A stretch of 64,000 nucleotides of DNA from an uncultured Variovorax sp. (GTDB taxonomy: Bacteria; Pseudomonadota; Gammaproteobacteria; Burkholderiales; Burkholderiaceae_C): the NCBI GenBank assembly GCA_966211435.1, contig CBIHOG010000021.1:6353-70352 (forward strand), written 5' to 3'. The translations under genes and the position numbers were made by a program. Numbering within the stretch: position 1 is the stretch's first letter; every line of letters begins with the position of its first letter. The notes beneath the pieces were generated by a model. That model made no database searches, was not told the DNA's origin, and saw only the letters and a program-made list of their open reading frames with translations. Shown one piece after another: positions 1-10,346 of the stretch.

Positions 1-402
1 GTTGGCGCGGAAGGTGCCGTCGATCAGGCCGACGGTGGGAAAGTTCTGTACGCCCGAGAAACCGAGCATGACCAGGCGCTGGAGGAACTCCTCCGGGATC
101 ATGAAGGGATCGGTGCCATTCACGCCTGCCAGCACCGGCGTGTGCTTCACCACCGGCAGCACCTCGCGCGCCATCTCGCAGACGATCTCGTTGGCATTGC
201 CGTAGGCCAGCAGGCCGGCGAGCGAGCCGCGGCCCGCCATGCGGTAGCGGCCGGAGTTGTAGATGACGATCATGTCGATGCCGCCGGCTTCCTCGCACTT
301 GGCCGAGAGGCCGGTACCGGCGCCGCCGCCGATGATCGGCTGGCCGGCGGCGATCTTGGCGCGGAAGCGTTGGAGCAGGGTGGATCTGGAGATGCGCGGC
401 AT
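1..402 (-). CDS. Phosphoenolpyruvate-hydrolase-like TIM-barrel protein (Tm-1 C-terminal homolog), 3' truncated by window edge
   Basis: Not in the ORF track. Manual translation from ATG at 402 gives [74 protein letters not shown]..., the signature of this family; open to position 1. Confidence 0.9.
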   Translation of the reverse strand, partial: MPRISRSTLLQRFRAKIAAGQPIIGGGAGTGLSAKCEEAGGIDMIVIYNSGRYRMAGRGSLAGLLAYGNANEIVCEMAREVLPVVKHTPVLAGVNGTDPFMIPEEFLQRLVMLGFSGVQNFPTVGLIDGTFRAN

Positions 403-422
403 GGTCGTGTCGTGGTCCCTGG

Positions 423-2648
423 TCAGGCACGCCGTGCGTTGGCGGGAGACCGGGCCGCTTCTTGCCAGGCCTGCACGAGCGCCTCGGCGAAGGCTTCGTC
501 GTTGATGTGCAGCGGCAGGCGCTGCAGTTTGTGGTCGGGGCCGGCGCGGAAGCCTTTCTCGATGGCGTCGAAGAGCGCGCGGTCGGCTTCCGGGTCGTGG
601 AAAGGCTGGCCCGGCCTGTCGATGGCGGAGACGCCGCTTTCGGGAATGAGGAAGCGCACCGGTCCGCGCATGGCGTTGAGCTTGGCGGCGATGAATTCGC
701 CGATCGCTCGGCACTCCTCGGCGGTGGTGCGCATCAGCGTCACGGTCGTGTTATGGCGGTAGAGCTTGCGGGATCTGAAGCGCTCGGGCACCGTGTCCCA
801 GGCGCCGAAGTTGATCATGTCCAATGCGCCGCAGGAGCCGACGTAGGGCAGGGCGTGGCGCGCGAAGACGTCCAGCCGCGCCGGGCCGGCGGAAAGCACG
901 CCGGCGCCGATCTCGTCGGCGATCTCTGTGGTCGACACGTCGATGGCGCCGGCGAGCAGACCTTGGTCGGCGAGCTTCTCCATCGACTGTCCACCAACGC
1001 CGGTGGCGTGGAAGACCAGGCAGTCATAGCTGTCCTCGAGACGCTTGGTGACGGCCTGCACGCAGGGCGTGGTCACGCCGAACATGGTGAGGCCGATGGC
1101 GGGCTTGACCACCGTCGAATGCACGGGCGGGTGCGCGATCATCCCGGCCAGTGCGTTCGCGGCGTTGGCGAACACGCTCTCGCTGATGCGGTGGATGCCT
1201 TGCACGTCAGTCACCGAATACATCATGCAGATGTCACTCGGGCCCACGTAGGGCCGCGTGTCGCCGCTGGCCATGGTGGAGACCATCATCTTGGGCACGC
1301 CGATCGGCAGCGCGCGCATGCCTTGCGTGGCCATGGAGGTGCCGCCCGAGCCGCCGGCGGAGATGATGCCGCCGAGATCGCGGCGGGTGCGCAGGAAGGC
1401 CTCGAAGGCGATGCCCATCGCGGCGGTTGCGCTGCCGCGGTCGCCGCTGAAGACCGCCGACTCGCCGCCCGGGTGATGGCGTGCCACCTCGCGAGGATGG
1501 ATGCTGGCGGAGGAGGTCTTGCCGGAGGTGGAGAGGTCGACGGTGACCACGCGCAGGCCGAGGCGCTCCAGGCATTGCCGCAGGAAGAACAGCTCGCGCC
1601 CCTTGGTGTCGAAGGTGCCCGCGACATAGGCCGCGCGCACGCTGCTCGCGGCCACCGGGAAGTCGAAGACCTGGGCCGGGGCGGCAGCGGGCTCCGGCGG
1701 CGCGGGTGGCGCAACGGCGGCCAGGCGGGCGATGTCGGTGACCGGCGCGGCGGTGCCGCCGGCGTTCCAGCGCGTGAAGCCGCGCACGGTGCCAGGCGCC
1801 ACATCATCGAGCGAGGGAGCGCCGTCGCCATGTGCCCGGCGCACGGTGAAGACGCGTACGGGTGGCGGCTCGTCGGGCTCGGCGGCGGAGGCCTGCGCCT
1901 CCTCCTCCTGGCCCGCCGAGCGCACGCCGAGCAGGCGCTCCTGCAGTTCGCGGTCGGCAGCCAGCTGCGCGCTGGGCATCTGCTGCGCGATGCGGCCGTT
2001 GACCATCACGCCGATGCGGTCCGCGACCGAGATCGCGACGCCAAGGTTCTGCTCGATCAGCAGCACTGCGATGCGTCCTTCGGCGGCGAGGTCGCGCAGC
2101 GACTGCGCGACCTGCTCGACGATCACCGGTGCCAGGCCTTCGGTGGGCTCGTCCATCACGAGCAACTTTGGGTCGAGCAGCAGGGCGCGGCCGATGGCCA
2201 GCATCTGCTGTTCGCCGCCGGAGAGCTGCGAGCCGCCATTGCCGCGGCGCTCGGCGAGGCGCGGGAACATGGCGTAGATACGGTCCACATCGCGCCTGCG
2301 GCTGGCGACCAGGCGCAGGGTTTCATCCACCGAGAGCGAGGGCCACACGCGCCGCCCCTGCGGTACATAGGCGATGCCGCGGCGGGTGATCTCATTGGGT
2401 GCCAGGCCCAGTACTTCCTCGCCCAGCAGCCGGACGCTGCCGCGCGCGGGCACCATGCCGGTGATGGCGTTGCACAGCGTGGTCTTGCCCATGCCGTTGC
2501 GCCCGACGATGCCGAGAACGCCGCGTTCCAGCGACAGGCTCACGCCCTGCAAGGCGTGGGCGCGGCCGTAGAACACGTCGAGCCCCTCGACCGCGAGCAC
2601 CGGCGCGCGGCTGTCCGAGTTGTCTTGCGGCTTGCCGAACCAGGCCAT
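423..2648 (-). CDS. Fusion: LivF-type ABC ATPase + Pro/Ala linker + Tm-1-like ATP-binding (UPF0261) domain
   Basis: N-terminal GRNGMGKT Walker A, LSGGEQQ signature, LLVMDEP Walker B; C-terminal GTFDTKGRE and GGSGGT motifs of UPF0261/Tm-1; single 741-aa ORF. Confidence 0.9.
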   Translation of the reverse strand: MAWFGKPQDNSDSRAPVLAVEGLDVFYGRAHALQGVSLSLERGVLGIVGRNGMGKTTLCNAITGMVPARGSVRLLGEEVLGLAPNEITRRGIAYVPQGRRVWPSLSVDETLRLVASRRRDVDRIYAMFPRLAERRGNGGSQLSGGEQQMLAIGRALLLDPKLLVMDEPTEGLAPVIVEQVAQSLRDLAAEGRIAVLLIEQNLGVAISVADRIGVMVNGRIAQQMPSAQLAADRELQERLLGVRSAGQEEEAQASAAEPDEPPPVRVFTVRRAHGDGAPSLDDVAPGTVRGFTRWNAGGTAAPVTDIARLAAVAPPAPPEPAAAPAQVFDFPVAASSVRAAYVAGTFDTKGRELFFLRQCLERLGLRVVTVDLSTSGKTSSASIHPREVARHHPGGESAVFSGDRGSATAAMGIAFEAFLRTRRDLGGIISAGGSGGTSMATQGMRALPIGVPKMMVSTMASGDTRPYVGPSDICMMYSVTDVQGIHRISESVFANAANALAGMIAHPPVHSTVVKPAIGLTMFGVTTPCVQAVTKRLEDSYDCLVFHATGVGGQSMEKLADQGLLAGAIDVSTTEIADEIGAGVLSAGPARLDVFARHALPYVGSCGALDMINFGAWDTVPERFRSRKLYRHNTTVTLMRTTAEECRAIGEFIAAKLNAMRGPVRFLIPESGVSAIDRPGQPFHDPEADRALFDAIEKGFRAGPDHKLQRLPLHINDEAFAEALVQAWQEAARSPANARRA

Positions 2649-3466
2649 CAGTGCCGGCTCCCCATGTAGATGGCCTGCACCTGCGCATCGCCCTCGATTT
2701 CCTGCGGGCTGCCGGTGCGCAGCACGCGGCCGTTGTGCATCACGGTCACCTTCTCGACCACGCGCAGCGCGATGTCCAGGTCGTGCTCGATCAGCACGAA
2801 GCTCATGTGCGCCGGCAGAGAGCCGAGCAGCGCGACCAGCTCGCGGCGCTCGGCCGGCGAGAGCCCCGCGGCCGGCTCGTCGAAGAGGATCAGGCGCGGC
2901 GCACCCGCCAACGCCATGCCGATCTCCAGTTGCCGCTGCTGGCCGTGCGCCAGGTTCGCCACGCGCTCGTCGGCGATGTGGCTGAGCCGGGTGCGTTCCA
3001 GCAGGTCGTTGGTGGCCATCGAGGAGTGATGGCCGAAGCGTGCGCGCTTGAAGCTGAAGCGTCCGTTGGAGACGCCGCGCACGGCGAGGAACAGGTTGTC
3101 CCGCACCGTCAATTCACGGAACAGCAGCGAGGACTGGTAAGTGCGCCGCAGGCCCTTGCGGATGCGCTCGCAGGGCGGCAGCGTCGTGATGTCCTCGCCG
3201 AAGAAATGGATCCGCCCCGCGGTGGGCGGAAAGTCGCCGGTGATGGCGTTGAAGAGCGTGGTCTTGCCGGCGCCGTTGGAGCCGAGGATGGCGTATTTCT
3301 GCCCGGCCTCGACCGTGAGCGACACGTCGTCGACCGCGCGCAGCGCGCCGAAGGCGCGGGTCACCCCCTCCAGCCGGAGCGCATCGCCCGACAGCAGCTG
3401 CGTGCCGGCGTGGGGGGCGGCGGCGCCGCGCAGGGCGGCCGGCCGCAAGGGGGTGATGGTGGCCAT
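2648..3466 (-). CDS. LivG-type ABC transporter ATP-binding protein
   Basis: GSNGAGKT, LAHGQQRQ, ILFDEP, IEHD; start placed at the second Met (MATITPL), behind a GAAGGG SD-like sequence. Confidence 0.9.
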   Translation of the reverse strand: MATITPLRPAALRGAAAPHAGTQLLSGDALRLEGVTRAFGALRAVDDVSLTVEAGQKYAILGSNGAGKTTLFNAITGDFPPTAGRIHFFGEDITTLPPCERIRKGLRRTYQSSLLFRELTVRDNLFLAVRGVSNGRFSFKRARFGHHSSMATNDLLERTRLSHIADERVANLAHGQQRQLEIGMALAGAPRLILFDEPAAGLSPAERRELVALLGSLPAHMSFVLIEHDLDIALRVVEKVTVMHNGRVLRTGSPQEIEGDAQVQAIYMGSRH

Positions 3467-3494
3467 CGGGGCTGCCCCTTTTCCTTCCCTGTGC

Positions 3495-4748
3495 CTACTT
3501 GCGGCAATCCGGCACGTCACGGGTGCCGAGGCCCATCTTCTGGAACTCCGCCTCGGGCAACCCGAGGGTCTGAGTGATGTTGGGCACCGACTTCACGACC
3601 TTGTTGTAGAAGGAACCGTCCGCCGCCTTCGTCACTTCTGTGATGTAGGTGGTGCCGACGCCGTTGCGGTTGGCGTCGATCTTCACGTCGCCGGCCGGGC
3701 CCTTGAAGTTGGTCTTTTGCAGCGCCTCGCGGTAGGCCTTCTGCCCGCCGGAGAGGTCACCCTTCACCACGTCCAGCGCGTCGAGCGCGGCCTTGGTGTT
3801 GATGTAGTAGAGGTAGGCGAAGAGCGAGGGGCTCGGGAAGCCGTCCTTGAAGTTGGCCTTGTAGTCGGAGACGAATTTCTTCCACTCCGGCGTGTCGATC
3901 GAGTCGGCCATCGGCCCGGCGGAGGCCGTGCCCAGCAGCGACTCGCGGCGCTTGCCCTTGAAGTTGAGCACCGTCTGGTCGACCGTGATCGAGCCGCCGA
4001 TCATCGGCTTGTCGCCGCCGGCCTGCTCGTACTGGGTGAGGAAGTTCACCGCGTCCGAGCCGCCAAGCACCACGACGAGCGCATCGACGTCCTTCGGGAT
4101 CTTGGCGATCACGGAGGCGTAGTCCTTGGTGCCAAGCGGCACCCAGGCCTTGTCCACCACCTTGCCGCCCTTGGCGCAGTAGCTGGCCATGAAGCCCTGC
4201 ACCTGCGAGTAGGGGAAGCCGTAGTCCTCGGCGATCAGGAAGGTCTTCTTGTAGCCTTTGGAGAGCGCATGCTCGCCCAGGCCCACCATCCATTGCGCGC
4301 CCTCGGTGTTGAAACGGTAGAAGTTCGGCGCCGGGTCGCCCAGCGTCGCGCCCTGCGCGCCAGACGAGCCGTTGATGAAGGTGATGCCGGGCTGCGTCTT
4401 CGCGTAGTTCTTGACCGCGATGCCCTCGTCACCCGACAGCGGGCCGATCATGATCTGCACCTTGTCCTGTTCCACCGCCTTGCGCGTGGAGTTGACGGCC
4501 TTGTCGGGCGTGGCGTCCGACGAGACCTTGACGAATTCGATCTTCTTCCCGCCGGCCATGCCGTTCTTCTGCTTGAGCGCGAGGTCCGCGCCGCGCATGC
4601 CATCCTGCCCCGGCGCCGCGAAGGGGCCTTCGAGCGAGGCCAGCAGCCCGATCTTCAAGGTCTCCTGGGCCTGCGCCCAACCCGTGACCGCGATCAACGC
4701 CGCGGCGCCGATGAGGCTGCGTGCCAACACGCTTGTGCTTTTCTTCAT
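3495..4748 (-). CDS. ABC substrate-binding protein, branched-chain amino acid (HAAT/LivK-like) fold
   Basis: Signal peptide, LKIGLLASLEGPFA, GADLAL, periplasmic-binding-protein type I layout. Confidence 0.9.
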   Translation of the reverse strand: MKKSTSVLARSLIGAAALIAVTGWAQAQETLKIGLLASLEGPFAAPGQDGMRGADLALKQKNGMAGGKKIEFVKVSSDATPDKAVNSTRKAVEQDKVQIMIGPLSGDEGIAVKNYAKTQPGITFINGSSGAQGATLGDPAPNFYRFNTEGAQWMVGLGEHALSKGYKKTFLIAEDYGFPYSQVQGFMASYCAKGGKVVDKAWVPLGTKDYASVIAKIPKDVDALVVVLGGSDAVNFLTQYEQAGGDKPMIGGSITVDQTVLNFKGKRRESLLGTASAGPMADSIDTPEWKKFVSDYKANFKDGFPSPSLFAYLYYINTKAALDALDVVKGDLSGGQKAYREALQKTNFKGPAGDVKIDANRNGVGTTYITEVTKAADGSFYNKVVKSVPNITQTLGLPEAEFQKMGLGTRDVPDCRK

Positions 4749-4763
4749 GTCTCGCTCCTGTCT

Positions 4764-5912
4764 TTATGGATGAATGCGGCCGCGGCCGCGGGGGGTGAAC
4801 GGGGCCGGCAGGCGAGTGCGCAGGTGTTGCCACAAGCCGAGCAGACCGTCGGGGGAGAACAGAACAATGGCGAGGAAGACGCCGCCGATGACGAGATTGA
4901 AGCGTTCGCGGTCAACGAGGTCGATCGCGAAGTTCTGCAGCAGCACGAAGACGATCGCGCCGACGAAGGCGCCGATGGGATGCTTCATGCCGCCCAGCAC
5001 GGCGATGATGAGAATGTTGATCATCGCGCCGGTGCCGATGGTCCCGGGCGAGATGCGGCCGTTGTACCAGACCATCAGCACGCCGCCGACGGCCGCGAGA
5101 AAGCCCGCCACCGCGTACGCGCCCACGCGGTGCGCGGTGACGTTGTAGCCCAGCGCCTGCATGCGGCGCGGGTTGTCGCGGATGCCCTGCAGCGCGATGC
5201 CGAAGGGCGCGCGCACCAGGTGCTTGACGAAGAAGTAGCCGCCGAGCGAGCACGCCAGGGTGAGGAAGTAGAAGGGCATCGGCTCGTGCATGTCCTGACC
5301 GAAGACGGTGGGTGGCGCGATGCGGCTGAAGCCCTGGAAGCCGTTGAAGATGGTGTAGTTCTGCTGCGCCAGGTAGAAGAAGGCGACGCCCACGGCCAGC
5401 GTGATCATGATGGTGTAGATGCCCTCGGTGCGCACCGACAGCCAGCCGACGGCCGCGGCGAAGACCGTGGCCAGCGAGATCGCCACGAGCAGCGCGAGCC
5501 ACCAAGGCCAGCCGAGGCTGATGCCGACATTGCTGCTGGTGCCGAAGATCGCGAGCGCGTAGGCCGCGAAGCCCGCGACCGTCATCTGCGCGAGCGAGAC
5601 CATGCCGCCGTAGCCGCCAAGGAAGGTGAGCGACAACGCGATGAGGCCGAGCGCGAGGGATTGCGCGCCGATCTGGAAGGTGAAGAACGGCGTGGCGAAG
5701 AAGGGGTAGGCGAGCACGAAGATGGCGACCAGAATGTGGCGTGCCTCGATGGCGTGCAGCGCCTTCTTCCACCAGCTCTGCCCGGGCTGCACCGAAACGG
5801 CCGCGGGGCGCGTCCCGGCCGGGTGCACGGCCACCGGCCCGCGCGGCGCGCGCGCCGTGCCGGCCGCGGTGGCCGAGGAATTCATGGCCCTGCGCCATTT
5901 CGCGGCGCTCAT
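4764..5912 (-). CDS. LivM-type ABC permease
   Basis: GYGGMVSLAQ, GIYTIMITLA, GIRDNPRRMQALG, VLGGM; ATGA overlap with the upstream livH-like stop at 5909-5912. Confidence 0.88.
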   Translation of the reverse strand: MSAAKWRRAMNSSATAAGTARAPRGPVAVHPAGTRPAAVSVQPGQSWWKKALHAIEARHILVAIFVLAYPFFATPFFTFQIGAQSLALGLIALSLTFLGGYGGMVSLAQMTVAGFAAYALAIFGTSSNVGISLGWPWWLALLVAISLATVFAAAVGWLSVRTEGIYTIMITLAVGVAFFYLAQQNYTIFNGFQGFSRIAPPTVFGQDMHEPMPFYFLTLACSLGGYFFVKHLVRAPFGIALQGIRDNPRRMQALGYNVTAHRVGAYAVAGFLAAVGGVLMVWYNGRISPGTIGTGAMINILIIAVLGGMKHPIGAFVGAIVFVLLQNFAIDLVDRERFNLVIGGVFLAIVLFSPDGLLGLWQHLRTRLPAPFTPRGRGRIHP

Positions 5913-6850
5913 GTGTTCTTTCCCATCAGCCCGCGCGGCTTGAAGGCCAGCGCCACGACCATGATCACGAAGGTGAAGACCACGCTGTAAGTCGGCGCAT
6001 AGGCCAGCCCGAACTGCTCGGCCAGTCCGATGAGCAGCGCGCCGATGGCCGCGCCCACGACGCTGCCCATGCCGCCGACGATGACGACGACCAGCGAGGC
6101 GAGCAGGTAGCGCGTGTCCTCGCCCGGCGAAATGGAAAGCGCCGTGCCGCCCACCACGCCCGCGAGCCCGGCCATGCCGGCGCCGATGGCGAAGGTGAGC
6201 GCGAAGACGCGTTGCACATTCACGCCCGAAGCGGCGAGCATGCCGCGATCGTCCACGCCGGCGCGGATCATCATGCCGATGCGTGTGCGCGCGAGCAGCA
6301 GCCACAAGCCGACGCCGATGACGACGGAGGCGAGCAGCACCATGAGCCGGTAGGTCGGGAACTTGTTGACCAGCGGCAGGGTGGTGGAGCCGTAGATCCA
6401 GGCGGGCGGATCGAAGGTGTAGATCTCGGCGCCCCAGATCCACAGTGCGACGTCGGCCAGCACGATCGAGAGACCGATGGTCACCAGCGTCTGCCTCAGG
6501 TCCTGGCCCTGCATGTGGCGGAAGATGAGCAACTGCATCAGCAAGCCGAGGATGGCAGCGGAGAGGAAGCCCGCGATGACGGCCAGCACCCACGAGCCCG
6601 TGTGCTCGCCGACCATCCAGCCGACGTAGGCGCCGATCAGGTAAAGCGAGCCGTGCGCGAGGTTGACGTTGCGCATGAGGCCGAAGACGAGCGTGAAGCC
6701 GCTGGCGACGAGGAAGTAGAGCGAGGCGAGCGTGAGGCCGTTGAGCAGCGTCTTGAAGAAGAGCGATGCGTTGTCGGCGATGGCCCAGACGGCGAACACG
6801 GCGATCGGTGCGCCGAAGACGAGCCAGAGCGCCCCCTGTTTTCGAGTCAT
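5909..6850 (-). CDS. LivH-type ABC permease
   Basis: LNGLTLASLYFLVASGFTLVFGLMRNVNLAHG, GMMIRAGVDD, VGGMGS; start MTRKQG overlaps the amidohydrolase stop. Confidence 0.9.
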   Translation of the reverse strand: MTRKQGALWLVFGAPIAVFAVWAIADNASLFFKTLLNGLTLASLYFLVASGFTLVFGLMRNVNLAHGSLYLIGAYVGWMVGEHTGSWVLAVIAGFLSAAILGLLMQLLIFRHMQGQDLRQTLVTIGLSIVLADVALWIWGAEIYTFDPPAWIYGSTTLPLVNKFPTYRLMVLLASVVIGVGLWLLLARTRIGMMIRAGVDDRGMLAASGVNVQRVFALTFAIGAGMAGLAGVVGGTALSISPGEDTRYLLASLVVVIVGGMGSVVGAAIGALLIGLAEQFGLAYAPTYSVVFTFVIMVVALAFKPRGLMGKNT

Positions 6851-8130
6851 GCGGCGTGCTCCCAGGTCCGCTGCGACGCGATCTCGGGTACCTTGGCGAA
6901 TTCGCCGTCCTTCATCACGGCCAGGATGCGCTTCGGGTCGCGCAGGATGGAGAGATTGGCGAGCGGATCGCCGTCCACCAGCAGCAGGTCGGCGAGGTAG
7001 CCGTCCTTGATGGCGCCGAGTTCGCTGCCGCGCATCATGATCTGCCCGCCATAGACGGTGGTGCTGCGGATGGCTTCCATGGGCGTGAACCCGAGGTACT
7101 TGACGAAGAACTCCAGGTCGCGCGCGTTCTGGCAATGGGGCGTGAAGGCGAAGCCGTAGTCGCCGCCGGGCAGGATGCGCACGCCGCGGCGGTGGATGGC
7201 CTTCAGCGACTCGATGGCCGCATCCCACTCGATCTGGTAGCCCATGGCCACCGCCTTCTCGTGGGTGATGCCGAAGGCGGCGGCTTCGTGCAGCATCGCG
7301 TAGAGGATCGCGATGCCGGGCGCGACGAACACGCGGTCCTTCGCGGCTTCGAGCATGTCGAGGGTTTCCTCGTCCGTGAAGCTGGCGTGGTAGATCACGT
7401 CGATGCCGTGGCGCAACGCCTGCTTGACCGAGGCGGCCGAACGCGCATGCGCGGTGCCGCGCTTGCCGCGCACGCGCACTTCCTGCATGGCGGCGTCGAC
7501 TTCGGCATCGCTCATCCAGGTGGTGTCGGCGGGTGAGTCGGGCGTGAAGTTGTCGCCGGAGAGGTTGAGCTTGATGGAGTCGACGCCGTACTTCAGGAAC
7601 ATGCGCGTGACCTTGCGCATCTCGTCCGCAGAGTTGACGTTGACGCCGAAGCTGAATTCAGGAAAGGGAAGGTGGGGCAGGGTCTCGTCGCCCAACCCGC
7701 CGGGGACGGTGATCTCCTGGCTTGCCGCGAGGTAGCGCGGCCCCGGGATCTGCCCTGCATTGATGGCGTTGCGGATCACGACATCGAGCCGCGGCTTCGC
7801 GCAGGCGGCCCCCACGCAAGAGGTGAAGCCTGCCTCGAGGTAGCGCCTGGCGACCTTGGCGCACCACAGCACGTGCTCTTCCAGCGGCATGCGCTGGATG
7901 GCGGAGAGGGTGGCCGCATCGTTCCACGAGAAGTGCGTGTGCGCCTCGCACATGCCAGGCATCAGGGTGGCGCCCGCGCCGTCGACCACCATCGCCCCGC
8001 CGGGTGAGATCGGCGCGGTGCTGCGGCCGACCTGGCGGATGCGGTTGCCTCGGACGAGGACGCTGCCTGTGTAGGGGTTCTGGCCAGTGCCGTCCAGGAT
8101 GCGGACGTTGGTGAAGACTACGTCACTCAT
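6847..8130 (-). CDS. Metal-dependent amidohydrolase (prolidase-like subgroup), copy 1
   Basis: MPGMCEAHTH (HxH), SIK, AHAR, IYHAS, PGGDYG, GYLADLLLVDGDPL. Confidence 0.9.
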   Translation of the reverse strand: MSDVVFTNVRILDGTGQNPYTGSVLVRGNRIRQVGRSTAPISPGGAMVVDGAGATLMPGMCEAHTHFSWNDAATLSAIQRMPLEEHVLWCAKVARRYLEAGFTSCVGAACAKPRLDVVIRNAINAGQIPGPRYLAASQEITVPGGLGDETLPHLPFPEFSFGVNVNSADEMRKVTRMFLKYGVDSIKLNLSGDNFTPDSPADTTWMSDAEVDAAMQEVRVRGKRGTAHARSAASVKQALRHGIDVIYHASFTDEETLDMLEAAKDRVFVAPGIAILYAMLHEAAAFGITHEKAVAMGYQIEWDAAIESLKAIHRRGVRILPGGDYGFAFTPHCQNARDLEFFVKYLGFTPMEAIRSTTVYGGQIMMRGSELGAIKDGYLADLLLVDGDPLANLSILRDPKRILAVMKDGEFAKVPEIASQRTWEHAA

Positions 8131-8232
8131 GAGGCTCTCCTTCGGACGGCGGGAGGCGATGGGCGCTGGATAGGGGCGTGCTGATCAAGACGCCCCGTGC
8201 CGGGCGTCCTTCCAAGGCAGGCGCAAGACAGG

Positions 8233-9540
8233 TCATGCCGCCACCAACCCTTGCCCGGACCACCGCGTCGTCCGGGCCCCGCGCAAAGCCGGCGCGCGAT
8301 GAAACTCCCCATCCTTCATCACGGCCAGAATCCGCGCCTTGTCCTGCAGCACGGTGATGTCCGAGAGCGGATCGCCGTCGATCAACAGGATGTCCGCCAG
8401 ATATCCTTCGCGGATGTACCCCAGCACCTTGCCCATCCGCATCATCGGCCCGCCCCACGCGGTCGCGGAGAGCAGCGCCTCCATGGTGCTCATCCCCACG
8501 TACTTGACGAAGTACTCGAGGTCCCTGGCATTGGTGCCATGCGGCGTCCATGCGAAGCCGTAGTCCCCGCCGGGCAGGATGCGAACGCCGCGCTTGCGCA
8601 GCGCACGCATGCTCTCGATGGCGGCGTCGAGTTCGCGGTGGTAGCCCATCTTCCGCGTCACTTCCGGCGTCAGTCCCCACTCGCTCGCGTTGTGGCAGGT
8701 GTTGATGAGCCATGCCAGCCCCGGCGCGATGAAGTGCTCCATCTTGTGCGCCTCAAGCATGTCCAGCGCCTCCTCGTCCGTGAAGCTCGCGTGGTAGATC
8801 ACCTCGATCCCCTGCTTCACGCACTGCTTGATCGCCCACGTCGAACGGGCATGCGCCGCCACTCGCTTGCCCCAGGCCTTGGCCTCCTGCACGCAGACCG
8901 TGATCTCCTCCTCCGTGAACTGGCTCATCTCGCTCGGCATGCCCGTGATCGACTCGCCCGAGAGATTGATCTTCAACGAGTCGACGCCGTACTTCGCGAA
9001 CATGCGCACGCAGCGCCGCATCTCCTCGCAGCCGCTCACGACCGCGCCGAAGGCGAACTCCGGCTGCGGCAGGTGCGGCTGCGTCGTGTCGCCCAGGCCG
9101 CCGGGCACCGTGATCTCCTGGCTCGCCGCCAGGTAGCGCGGACCGACGATGGTGCCGTCCTGGATCGCGTTGCGGATCACCACGTCCAGCCGCGGCTTCG
9201 CCGTCGCCGCGCCGACGCAGCTGGTCCAGCCCATGTCGAGGTAGCGCTTTGCAACCTCCGCGCACCAGAGGATGTGTTCCTCCGGCGGCATGCGCTGGAT
9301 CGCGTCCAGGCTCGGCTGGTCGTTCCACGAGAAATGCGTATGCGCCTCCACCATGCCCGGCATCAGGAAAGCGCCCGCGCCGTCGATCACCTGCGCTCCC
9401 ATCACGGGCGCCGCGCGACCGCCGTAGCCCGTCTTCACGACGCGCGCGATGCGGTTGCCCTGCACCAGAACGTCGCCCATGAAGGGCGCCTCGCCGCCGC
9501 CGTCGAAGATGCGGACATTGGTGAACATGACGTCGGCCAT
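8233..9540 (-). CDS. Metal-dependent amidohydrolase, copy 2
   Basis: C-terminal part of the 1215-aa track ORF; real start MADVMFTNVRIFDG at 9540; MPGMVEAHTH, AAHAR, IYHAS, PGGDYG. Confidence 0.9.
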   Translation of the reverse strand: MADVMFTNVRIFDGGGEAPFMGDVLVQGNRIARVVKTGYGGRAAPVMGAQVIDGAGAFLMPGMVEAHTHFSWNDQPSLDAIQRMPPEEHILWCAEVAKRYLDMGWTSCVGAATAKPRLDVVIRNAIQDGTIVGPRYLAASQEITVPGGLGDTTQPHLPQPEFAFGAVVSGCEEMRRCVRMFAKYGVDSLKINLSGESITGMPSEMSQFTEEEITVCVQEAKAWGKRVAAHARSTWAIKQCVKQGIEVIYHASFTDEEALDMLEAHKMEHFIAPGLAWLINTCHNASEWGLTPEVTRKMGYHRELDAAIESMRALRKRGVRILPGGDYGFAWTPHGTNARDLEYFVKYVGMSTMEALLSATAWGGPMMRMGKVLGYIREGYLADILLIDGDPLSDITVLQDKARILAVMKDGEFHRAPALRGARTTRWSGQGLVAA

Positions 9541-9542
9541 GG

Positions 9543-10340
9543 TCAGTTCCTCGTGTTGGAAGCCAGGAATTCGCGCAGCTCGCGCTGGCACTCTTCGGGC
9601 CGTTCGATCGGCGTCCAGTGGCCGCAGCGCGGCAGTACCACCACGCGCTTGCTCGCGGCGCGATGCAGCTTGTCGGCCATCGCGCGCACCGACTGCGGCG
9701 GCGCCACGCCGTCCTCGTCGCCGGTGACCAGCAGCACCGGCGCCTCGATGCGCTCCACTGCCGCGGGCTGCGCGCCGGCCAGCGCCTCGCAGCTGCGCGC
9801 ATAGGCCTCGCCGTCCTGGCGCATCAGGCTTTCGCGCACATAGGCCACCGCGACCGGCAGGCGCTGGCGCGTATCGGCGGAGATCGCGGCGTTCAACAGC
9901 CCCTGCGTGATCTCGTGCATGCCGCCCGCGCCTTCGCGGGCCTTCGCCGCGCGGGCCTGCATGGCCGTGCGCGCGGCGTCGGGCGGCGCGATCAGCGGGC
10001 CGAAGAGCGCCATGCTCGCGGCGAGCGAAGCGTGCTCTGCCGCGATGTGCTGGCACACGATGGTGCCCATCGAATGCCCAACCCAGTGCGCGCGCGTGAT
10101 CTTCAGCCGCTCGCAGATGCGCAGCAGCGTCTCGACATAGCGCTCGATGGAGAGCGCGCCCTCCGCTCGCTGCGAGCGCCCGCTGCCGGGCAGGTCCACG
10201 CGCACGACGCGATGCCGCGCCATCGCGGGCATCAGCGGCGTGTAGGTGTTGGAGCTGCCACCCAGCCCGTGCACGCAGACGACGGCCGGGCCTTCGCCGT
10301 CCTCCTCCACCGCGACGCGATCGATCAACTGAAAGGCCAT
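9543..10340 (-). CDS. Alpha/beta fold hydrolase (PcaD/enol-lactonase-like)
   Basis: HGLGGS oxyanion loop, GHSMG nucleophile elbow, DEDGVAP, GHW catalytic His. Confidence 0.88.
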   Translation of the reverse strand: MAFQLIDRVAVEEDGEGPAVVCVHGLGGSSNTYTPLMPAMARHRVVRVDLPGSGRSQRAEGALSIERYVETLLRICERLKITRAHWVGHSMGTIVCQHIAAEHASLAASMALFGPLIAPPDAARTAMQARAAKAREGAGGMHEITQGLLNAAISADTRQRLPVAVAYVRESLMRQDGEAYARSCEALAGAQPAAVERIEAPVLLVTGDEDGVAPPQSVRAMADKLHRAASKRVVVLPRCGHWTPIERPEECQRELREFLASNTRN

Positions 10341-10346
10341 GGTCTG

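Noticed and set aside
3141-5990. 949-aa plus-strand ORF and similar long antisense ORFs (for example 28750-29775, 46992-48851, 61450-63861)
   Set aside because: They are shadows of well-supported genes on the opposite strand and have no family motifs.
8173-8196. Inverted repeat GGGGCGT...ACGCCCC between the amidohydrolases
   Set aside because: Short single hairpin without a U-tract; not enough to call a terminator or REP.
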